A DNA stretch of 64,000 nt from positions 43,673,159-43,737,158 of the forward strand of contig NC_052158.1 of NCBI RefSeq assembly GCF_902713615.1. Direction: 5' to 3'. The position numbers were made by a program, and so were the translations under genes. The stretch comes from Scyliorhinus canicula (Eukaryota). The notes beneath the pieces were generated by a model, which was not told where the DNA came from, ran no database searches, and was given only the letters and a program-made list of their open reading frames with translations. Of the stretch, positions 11,470 to 22,100 are shown piece after piece. Numbering within the stretch: position 1 is the stretch's first letter; each line of letters starts with the position of its first letter.

Positions 11470-12520
11470 GTAAATCGAGTTGGATAAAGACTTGGGGGCA
11501 GATGTTGTATAAGGGTGTTTGGTATAGTAAGGGCACTAGTGTGGCACTGCAGAAGCAGTGTCGATAGACAGAGTCTTGTGCTAGTGGACTGACTATAGTG
11601 CTGGAGTCTTCTAGCAGCGTGCAAAAGGTAGCACCAAATGAGGGCACCAAACAATAATTCAGCCCTTCTTCACCCCCATCCCCACTCCCTTCACACTCAC
11701 CTCTCTCTCTCTCTCTCCTTCACCACCCCACTCACGGTAATCAAATCTCAGCCCTCAGCTCCATCGCAGACTGGCTCTGTCCAGTCTCGATCCCTCCACA
11801 GCTGAGAGCTGCCTTTCCTGAGGCTCTGCAGCTCAAACTCATACATACACATCTGCTGCACCCCGTGTCAGCCCCTCTGTAACGTGTACCCAGCCCAGTC
11901 CTTTGTTGATGGACAATCATGTTAATTGCAATAATTGTATGCTAAGGAAGAATGAGTGACACCCACCTGTGCCTTAAAACAGGGTTATTTCCCAGACAGC
12001 AAATGTAATGTCACAGACTCTCCCAGTTCGTCCTTGCTGCTCAGAGCGAACTGGCTTATCTACTCTTACAATGATTCATTAATCCTTCCCCATTTGGGGA
12101 CAGCTGTGTTTAATTGCCAATTTGGAACATGCACGTCATTGCAACTCAAATTCAACATTGACAACTCACTCCCACCTTCACATTCTGACAGGGAGAGAAT
12201 CAAGGCAGGGATAAAAATTCCAATCTGTGTTCTGACATGGAAGGTGTTCACTCTCCTTCAACCCTTCACCCCTTGTCAACTGCCCTCCGCTGCTATCAAT
12301 GTGAAAGATAGGAGCTGCATTTTGGGATGTTACAGGGTTCCCTGTCCTAACCACCCCCTCATTCATCTCAGCACCATGCATCAACTTGTTTACATTTAGC
12401 CTGAGCACACTTGAGTTGCTGCTGATACTCTTTGTGGTTTCCTGTATCAGTTGACCCAGTCTGTGGGGTAGCTCTTAAAACTGTTTGTGTAACCATTAAG
12501 TTAGAGTTAGACACAGCACA

Positions 12521-13060
12521 GGACACAGTTCACAGGAATCACCCGGTCTGAACTGGACACAGTTCACAGGAATCAACCGGTCTGAACTGGACACAGGGAT
12601 AGGAATCACCCGGTCTGAACTGGACACAGTTCACAGGAATCACCCGGTCTGAACTGGACACAGGCACAGGAATCACCGATCTGAACTGGACACAGGGACA
12701 GGAATCACCCGGTCTGAACTGGACACAGTTCACAGGAATCACCCGGTCTGAACTGGACACAGGGACAGGAATCACCCGGTCTGAACTGGACACAGGGACA
12801 GGAATCACCCGGTCTGAACTGGACACGGGGACAGGAATCACCCGGTCTGAACTGGACACGGGGACAGGAATCACCCAGTCTGAACTGGACAGAGGGACAG
12901 GAATCACCCGGTCTGAACTGGACACAGTTCACAGGAATCACCCAGTCTGAACTGGACACAGGGACAGGAATCACCCGGTCTGAACTGGACACAGGGACAG
13001 GAATCACCCGGTCCGAACTGGACACAGGGACAGGAATCACCCGGTCTGAACTGGACACAG
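12521..13060. repeat. 33/34-bp minisatellite, 16 copies, ending ~77 bp upstream of the class I ATG
   Basis: Units ggacacag(gg|ttc)acaggaatcacccggtctgaact; 16 GGAATCA cores counted. Confidence 0.95.
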
Positions 13061-13136
13061 CTCATAGAGCCAGATACATTCCCTTGGGAAAGGATTCCTC
13101 ACAAATTGTTCAACCAGTCTTTTGAAGGAAGTAATA

Positions 13137-13185
13137 ATGATCGGACTGTTAATGCCAATCCTTCTGTGTTCAGTGGTCAGTGCTG
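13137..13185 (+). CDS. Class I exon 1, signal peptide MIGLLMPILLCSVVSA
   Basis: ATG with A at -3, hydrophobic 16-mer ending VSA, donor G|GTGAGT in phase 1. Confidence 0.8.
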
Positions 13186-16100
13186 GTGAGTATTTTAGTC
13201 AGAGAGGGCTCGGTGTCTGGGTACTGGGGTACTATCCCTCAGGCAGTGAGTAACGGAGTTAGAGAGGCTCTCATTGTCTGCGTACTGGGGTATTGACCCT
13301 CAGTTAGTGAGTAACGGGGTTAGAGAGGCTCTCATTGTCTGCGTACTGGGATATTAACCCTCAGTTAGTGCGTAACGATCAAAGAAGGTCTCAGTGTTTG
13401 GATACTGGGATATTATCCATCAGTTAGTGCGTTATGGGATCAGAGAGGGTCTCAGTCTGTGGGTACTGGGATATTATCCCTCAGTCACTGTGTAACGGTA
13501 TCAGACAGGGTCTCGGTCTGTCGGTACTGGGATATTATCCCTCAGTCAGTGCGTTATGGGATCAGAGAGGGTCTCGGTCTGTGGGTACTGGGATATTATC
13601 CCTCAGTCAGTGTGTAACGGGATCAGAGAGGGTCTCGGTGTCTGGGTACTGGGATATTATCCCTCAGTCAGTGTGTAACGGGATCAGAGAGGGTCTTGGT
13701 GTCTGGGTACTGGGATATTATCCCTCAGTCAGTGTGTAACGGGATCAGAGAGGGTCTCAGTCTGTGGATACTGGGATATTATCCCTCAGTCAGTGCGTTA
13801 TGGGATCAGAGAGGGTCTCAGTCTGTGGGTACTGGGATATTATCCCTCAGTCAGTGTGTAACGGTATCAGACAGGGTCTCGGTCTGTCGGTACTGGGATA
13901 TTATCCCTCAGTCAGTGCGTTATGGGATCAGAGAGGGTCTCGGTGTTTGGGTACTGGGATATTATCCCTCAGTCAGTGTGTAACGGGATCAGAGAGGGTC
14001 TCGGTCTGTGGATACTGGGATATTATCCGTCAGTCAGTGTGTAACGGTATCAGAGAGGGTCTCGGTGTCTGGGTACTGGGATATTATCCCTCAGTCAGTG
14101 CGTTATGTGATCAGAGAGGGTCTCGGTGTCTGGGTACTGGGATATTATCCCTCAGTCAGTGCGCTATGGGATCAGAGAGGGTCTCAGTCTGTGGGTACTG
14201 GGATATTATCCCTCAGTCAGTGCGTTATGGGATCAGAGAGGGTCTCGGTGTCTGGGTACTGGGATATTATCCCTCAGTCAGTGCGTTATGTGATCAGAGA
14301 GGGTCTCGGTGTCTGTGTACTGGGATATTATCCCTCAGTCAGTGCGTTATGTGATCAGAGAGGGTCTCGGTGTCTGTGTACTGGGATATTATCCCTCAGT
14401 CAGTGCGTTATGGGATCAGAGAGGGTCTCAGTCTGTGGATACTGGGATATTATCCCTCAGTCAGTGCGTTATGGGATCAGAGAGGGTCTCAGTCTGTGGA
14501 TACTGGGATATTATCCCTCAGTCAGTGTGTAACGGGATCAGAGAGGGTCTCGGTCTGTGGGTACTGGGATATTATCCCTCAGTCAGTGCGTTATGGGATC
14601 AGAGAGGGTCTCGGTGTCTGGGTACTGGGATATTATCCCTCAGTCAGTGCGTTATGTGATCAGAGAGGGTCTCGGTGTCTGGGTACTGGGATATTATCCC
14701 TCAGTCAGTGCGTTATGTGATCAGAGAGGGTCTCGGTGTCTGGGTACTGGGATATTATCCCTCAGTCAGTGCGTTATGTGATCAGAGAGGGTCTCGGTGT
14801 CTGGATACTGGGATATTATCCCTCAGTCAGTGTGTAATGGGATCAGAGAGGGTCTCGGTCTGTGGGTACTGGGATATTATCCCTCAGTCAGTGTGTAACG
14901 GGATCAGAGAGGGTCTCAGTGTCTGGGTACTGGGATATTATCCCTCAGTCAGTGTGTAATGGGATCAGAGAGGGGCTCGGTCTGTGGGTACTGGGATATT
15001 ATCCCTCAGTCAGTGTGTAATGGGATCAGAGAGGGTCTCGGTCTGTGGATACTGGGATATTATTCCTCAGTCAGTGCGTTATGGGATCAGAGAGGGTCTC
15101 AGTCTGTGGGTACTGGGATATTATCCCTCAGTCAGTGTGTAACGGGATCAGAGAGGGTCTCGGTGTCTGTGTACTGGGATATTATCCCTCAGTCAGTGCG
15201 TTATGGGATCAGAGAGGGTCTCGGTCTGTGGATACTGGGATATTATCCCTCAGTCAGTGCGTTATGGGATCAGAGAGGGTCTCGGTGTCTGTGTACTGGG
15301 ATATTATCCCTCAGTCAGTGTGTAACGGGATCAGAGAGGGTCTCGGTGTCTGGGTACTGGGATATTATCCCTCAGTCAGTGCGTTATGGGATCAGAGAGG
15401 GTCTCGGTCTGTGGGTACTAGGATATTATCCCTCAGTCAGTACGTTATGGGGATCAGAGAGGGTCTCGGTGTCTGGGTACTGGGATATTATCCCTCAGTC
15501 AGTGTGTAATGGGATCAGAGAGGGTCTCGGTGTCTGGGTACTGGGATATTATCCCTCAGTCAGTGCGTTATGGGATCAGAGAGGGTCTCGGTGTCTGGGT
15601 ACTGGGATATTGTCCCTCAGTCAGTGTGTAACGGGATCAGAGAGGGTCTCGGTCTGTGGGTACTGGGGTATTAACCCTCAGTCAGTGTGTAACGGTATCA
15701 GAGAGGGTCTCGGTGTCTGGGTACTGGGATATTATCCCTCAGTCAGACGTTATGGGGATCAGAGAGGGTCTCGGTGTCTGGGTACTGGGATATTATCCCT
15801 CAGTCAGACGTTATGGGGATCAGAGAGGGTCTCGGTGTCTGGGTACTGGGATATTATCCCTCAGTCAGTGTGTTATGGGATCAGAGAGGGGCTCGGTCTG
15901 TGGGTACTGGGATATTATCCCTCAGTCAGTGCGTTATGGGATCAGAGAGGGTCTCGGTCTGTGGATACTGGGATATTATCCCTCAGTCAGTGCGCTATGG
16001 GATCAGAGAGGGTCTCAGTCTGGGTACTGGGGTATTATCCCTCAGTCAGTGTGTAACGGTATCAGAGAGGCTCTCGGTCTGTGGGTACTGGGATATTATC

Positions 16101-19100
16101 CATCAGTTAGTGTGTAACGGGATCGGAGAGGGTCTCGGTCTGTGGGTACTGGAATATTATCCCTCAGTCAGTGCGTTATGGGATCAGAGAGGGTCTCGGT
16201 GTCTGGGTACTGGGATATTATCCCTCAGTCAGTGCGCTATGGGATCAGAGAGGGTCTCGGTCTGTGGGTACTGGGATATTATCCCTCAGTCAGTGCGTTA
16301 TGGGATCAGAGAGGGTCTCGGTGTCTGGGTACTGGGATATTATCCCTCAGTCAGTGCGCTATGGGATCAGAGAGGGTCTCGGTCTGTGGGTACTGGGATA
16401 TTATCCCTCAGTCAGTGCGTTATGGGATCAGAGAGGTTCTCTGTGCTTGGATACTAGCGTATTAAACCTCAGTCAGTGTGTTATGTGATCAGAGAGGGTC
16501 TCAGTGGTTGGATACTAGCGTATTAAACTTCAGTGAATGGGTAATGGGATCAGAGAGGGTCTCTGTGCTTGGATACTAGCGTATTAAACCTCAGTCAATG
16601 GGTAATGGCATCAGAAAGGGTCTCAGTGCTTGTCTGGGAAAACAGGCTACTTGTAATTCTAAAATTATAGCCCATTTTCTGTGAGGAGCCCACTTGGTGC
16701 AGCAGTTTCTCCATAACTAATCTGTCAAATTCTTTTTACATGTTGAGCACCTCAACGAGATGACCCTGTAATCTTATGAACACACCAAAATAGGTACCAA
16801 CTTTATTTCACATTTTTTATTGTTGATTAATGGATGTGAGTATTGCTGGCTGGGCCAGCATTTAATGCCCAAGGTTTATTACCCATTGCATTTAATGGCT
16901 CAGAGGGCAGTTAAGAGTCAACCACATTGTTCTTGATCTAGAGACCCTTGTAAACAGAGAATTTCCAGCTGGTAAATAATACAACAAAATTGGTATGTGT
17001 TGGGGATTACTTTCGGGGTTCTTTGTTGTGTTGGGTTTTATTTACTGGCTCTCTGTGTTGTATTGTGTCGGGGTTTATTTACTGGCTCTCTGTGTTGTAT
17101 TGTGTTGGGGTTTAATTACAGGGGCTCTGTGTTGTATTGTGTTGGGGTTTAATTACAGGGGCTCTGTATTGTGTTGGAGTTTAATTACAGGGGCTCTGTG
17201 TTGTATTATAAAATTAGTTTTTTTTCCAAATAAGGGGCAGTTTAGCGTGGCCAATTCACCTACCCTGCACTACTTTGGGTTGTGGGGGCGAAACCCACGC
17301 AGACATTGGGAGAATGTGCAAACTCCACACGGACAGTGACCCAGGGCCGAGATTTGAACCCGGGTCCTCAGCGCCGTAGGCAGCAATGTTAACCACTGCG
17401 CCACCGTGCTGCCCAAGGCGCTGTGTTGTGTTGGGGTTTATTTACAGGGGCTCTGTGTTGTGTTGGGGTTTATTTACAGGGGCTCTGTGTTGTTTTGGGG
17501 TTTATTTACAGAGGCTCTGTGTTGTGTTGGGGATTATTTATAATAATCATAATCTTTATTGTCACAAGTAGGCTTACATTAACACTGCAATGACGTTACT
17601 GTGAAAAGCCCCTAGTCGCCACATTTCGGACCCTGTTCAGGTACACAGAGGGAGAATTTAGAATGTCCAAAGTACCTAATAGCACGTCTTTCGCGACTTG
17701 TGGGAAACTCGAGCACCTGGAGGAAACCTACGCAAACACGGGACGAATGTGCAGACTCCGTACAGACAGTGACTCAAGTGGGAATAGAACGTGGGACCCT
17801 GAAGCTGTGGAGCCATAGTGCTAACCACTATGCTACCGTCCTGCCCACAGGGGCTCTGTGTTGTGTTGGGGTTTATTTACAGGGGCTCTGTGTTGTGTTG
17901 GGGTTTATTTACAGGGGCTATGTGTTGTGTTGGGGTTTATTTACAGGGGCTATGTGTTGTGTTGGGGTTTATTTACAGGGGCTCTGTGTTGTGTTGGGGT
18001 TTATTTACAGGGGCTCTGTGTTGTGTTGGGGTTTATTTCGTGGAATTTTGTCTGCTGTGCGTTTTCTTATTTTCTGTGGATTTGGTGTCCTGGGTCCATG
18101 ATCTGCTCTCTGTCTCGCACTCTATGGGGTCCATAATTTGGGATTTTTTTATTCATGTTATTTCTGTCTCTGTGTTTCAGTCTCGCACTCTCTCCGGTAT
18201 TTCTACACTGCAATGTCACCAATCCCTGGCCTGCCAGAAATTGTAGCTGTTGGTTACGTGGATGACATCCCGATCGATTACTATGACAGTGATCTTCGGA
18301 AACTGATCCCTCGGCAGCAATGGATTCAAGAATGTCAGAGCCCTGAGTACTGGGACGAGCAGACACAGATCCTGAGGAGCTCAGAGCACGTTGGACAGAC
18401 CAATATTCAGACAGCCTTAAATCGCACTAACCAGAGTGGTGGTGAGTTTTCACCCTCCCCATCTTCCACCCTAGTATGTTTAAAAGCGCTCACTTGGGGA
18501 CTTTATTCCCTTTTGGGAAGATCGCTCTCCAGGTCTAGTTTACTCAATTTCTCCTCATCAGATTCTTCAGTCCGGCAGCCGCATTTTCCTGGGTGGCGTG
18601 CCGTCGCTGGCAGCGGGATTCTCCATTCCCGCCACCTGCCAATTGGATTTCCCATTGTGGCCACCCCATACCGCCGGTAAACCCGTGGGTGAGGTCACGC
18701 TCCCGGCGCAATGGAGAATACTGCCGGCGGAAAATCCCGCTGAACATGTTTATTCCAACTCTACTTTCTGTCCGTTAACCAACCCTCAATCCCAGCGATC
18801 CTAATTTGTGTAATAACAATGTCTCTGGCTCCTTTTCGTCTCAGAAGATCCTGAGTCTCTGGAACTCTCTCCTCAAACGGTAGTGGAGGCAGAGTCTTTG
18901 AATGTTTTTAAGGCAGAGCTGATTAGATTCTTGATAACCCAGGGGGTGAAAGGTCATCAGGAGAATGCAGGAGAATTGGAGTTGAGATTCTAGTCAGATT
19001 CACTAAGAGATGCGGAATGGTGGCAAAGTGATTAGCACTGCTGCATCACAGCACTAGGGGCCTGGATTCGATTTTGGCCTTGGGTGACTGTCTATGTGGA

Positions 19101-22100
19101 GTTTGCATGTTCTCCCTGTGTCTACATGGGTTTCCTCCGGGTTCTCCGGTTCCCTTCCACACTCCAAAGATTTGCAGGTTAGGCGGATTAGCCATGATCA
19201 ATTGTCCCTCAGCGTCCAAAGGTTAGTTGGGGTTACAGGGAGTGGACCTAGGTAGGGTGTTCTCTCCGAGGATTGGTGCACACACGATAGTTGGTGCACA
19301 CTATTATGATTCCACTGAATGGCGAAAAAGACCCAAAGGGCTGAGTGGCCTACTTCCTTCCGTATGTACCTTATCAAAACCATTTTGAAAATGCAGGTAC
19401 ACCACATCCACTCGTTCCCCTTTGTTCAATACACCTTCAAAAATCTACTAATAATAATCTTTATTAGTGTCACAAATAGGCTTACATTAACACTGCAATT
19501 AGGTTACTGTGAAAATTCCCTTGTTGCCACACTCCGGAGCCTGTTCGGGTACACTGAGGGAGAATTCAGAATGTCCAATTCACCTAACAAGCACGTCTTT
19601 CGGGACCTGTGGGAGGAAACCGGAGTACCCAGAGGAAACCCATGTAGACTGATTTCACAAGCATGATTATGTAAGCATCCCTTACATAAATACACATTCA
19701 TGTTGTTTAATCATATTATAATTCTCCAAGTTTCCTATGTCCCTGAACATAGATTTCAGCGTTTTTGTCTCTTATTTGGTGTTAGGCTATGGTTTTCTAG
19801 TTTCTCTCTTCCTCCTTTATTTTTTAAATTTAAAAAAAATAAATTTAGAGTACCCAATTCATTTTTTCCAATTAAGGGGCAATTTAGCATGGCCAATCCA
19901 CCTAGCCTGCACATCTTTGGGTTGTGGGGGCGAAACCCACGCAAACACGGGGAGAATGTGCAAACTCCACACAGACAGTGACCCAGAGCCAGGATCGAAC
20001 CTGGGTCCTCGGCGCTGTGAGGCTACAGGGCTAACCCACTGAGCCACCGTGCTGCCCCCCTCTTCCTCCTTTATTAAACAGCAGTTTTGCTACATGTTTG
20101 CTACATTCCAATTGCTGGGAATGGTTTGAGATTGAAGGATTTTGGGAAGGTCACTTCCTCTCCCTTCCGCCCTTTCTGCTGATTGACAGGAAAGTGTGGG
20201 TGGGCTTTCTGTGGGACTGGCTCCAATTGTCTGTGTGCATTTGCTCGACAGGGATCCACACGGTCCAGGTAATGCACGGCTGTGAGCTCAGGGATGACGG
20301 GCAGACCAGCGGATTTCACCAGGAAGGTTGGGATGGGCAGGATTACATCAGCTTCGACAAGGATCACATGGTGTGGGTCACCCCGGTAGCCTGGGGACTG
20401 ATCACCAAGAACAAATGGGATGAGAACAAGGCCAGGAATCAGCAGAGGAAGGCTTACCTGGAGGGAACCTGCATTGAGTGGCTGAAAAAATACCTGGAGC
20501 AGGGAAAGCAACATCTGGAATCCGGTGAGTGCTCCTACCGAGGTGGGGGTGGGGACCGAATGGGAGAGGGCACTGAAGGAGAGGGAAATGAGGTGGGGAG
20601 GTAACTGAGGGATGGAGGACAAAGAGTGAGGGGAGGGGAGGGGAGGGGGAATAAGAGTGTGGGAGACTGAGAGTGAGGGGAGAGGATTAAGGGTGCACGA
20701 GGAGTGAGAGTGGGGACTGAGAGAGGACTGAGAATGAGGGGGGAGAGCACGAGGAGGTTTGGGAGTGAGGGAGGGGGCTGAGAGTGAGGGAGGGGAATTG
20801 TGAGTGAGGGAGGGGGATTGTGAGTGAGGGAGGGGGATTGTGAGTGAGGGAGGGGGATTGTGAGTGAGGGATGGGGATTGTGAATGAGAGTGAGGACAGA
20901 GTGAGGGGGGACTTTGGAGTGAGAGGGTAGAATTGAGGGTGCGGGGAGATTGAGAGTGGGGGGGGGTGGTGTAGGCGCAGTGGTCAGCACAGCTACCTCA
21001 CGGCGCCGAGGTCCCAGGTTCGATCGCGGCTCTGGGTCACTGTCCCTGTGAAGGGACAGGAGGGGAAGGTGGGGAGGGCACAGAATGAGGGAGGGGACTG
21101 AGAATGAGGGAAGAGTGAGAGTCCGTAACCTAATCACCGGCCTAAAGGGGATTGTATCATCACTGGGGTCAAGGATTTAATCCCCAGTTTAAAGGGGTTT
21201 GTACATTCCCTGGGATCGGAAATTTAATTCCCTGTTTGGAGGGATTTATACCATTCGCTGGACTCTAGGGTCTAATCTCCAGTTTAAACAAGTTTGTACC
21301 GTTCCCTGAGGTCAGGGTTCCAATTTTCAGTTTAAACTGGTTTCTATCATTCCCTGAGGTTGGGGGTCTATTCCCCAGTTTAAGGGGCTTTGTACCGTTC
21401 CCTGGGTTTGGGGTCTAATCTCCAGTTTAAACAAATATATACCATTCTGGGGTGGGGGGTATAATCCCCAGTTTATGTGGATTTGCACCGTTCTGGGCTC
21501 TAATCCCCAGTTGAAGGGGGTTTGTACCATTCCGTGAGGTCAAGGGTCTAATCCCCAGTTTAAAGGGGTTTGTACAATTCTGTGGGGTCAGGGGTCTAAT
21601 TCCCAGTTTAAAGGGGTTTGTACAATTCTGTGGGGTCAGGGGTCTAATCCCCAGTTTAAAGGGGTTTGTACAATTCTGTGGGGTCAGGGGTCATATCCCC
21701 AGTTTAAAGGGGTTTGTACAATTCTGTGGGGTCAGGGGTCTAATCCCCAATTTAAAGGGGTTGTACCATTCCCTGTCTCTCACTGACTGGACCTGATCTG
21801 TTTTGCTCTCTCAGTTGCTCCTCAAGTGTTTCTTTTTGTGGACAAGGTGTCAGACACTAACCTAGCCCAAATCTCCTGCCTAGTCACGGGGTTTTATCCT
21901 CGTGATATCGAAGTCATTCTGCTGAGAAATGGTGACGACTTCATGGACACGTATTCCACTGGCATCCTACCCAACCACGATGGGACCTACCAGCTCCGGA
22001 GATGGGCTCAGATCAACCCTAAGGATGGAGCCACCTATTCCTGTCAGTATGAACAGAGTGAAAAAGAAGTGGAGACCAGAGTCTGGGGTAAGAGGAACAG

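Larger units (their letters stand above)
16990..18030. repeat. 32-bp tandem array interrupted by two SINEs, near the 3' end of intron 1
   Basis: Unit acaggggctctgtgttgtgttggggtttattt. Confidence 0.9.

Noticed and set aside
11700-13136. Conventional class I promoter modules (ISRE, X1/X2/Y boxes)
   Set aside because: No convincing match by eye; the isolated CCAAT at ~12219 is expected by chance.
13434-16488. Long repetitive ORFs (up to 365 aa) over the 61-bp array, and similar ORFs over the 33-bp and 32-bp arrays
   Set aside because: By-products of stop-poor repeat units cycling through all frames; no splice or domain support.
13195-16630. CRISPR-like array (palindromic repeat units)
   Set aside because: No unique spacers, no cas genes, and it lies in a eukaryotic intron; it is a minisatellite.
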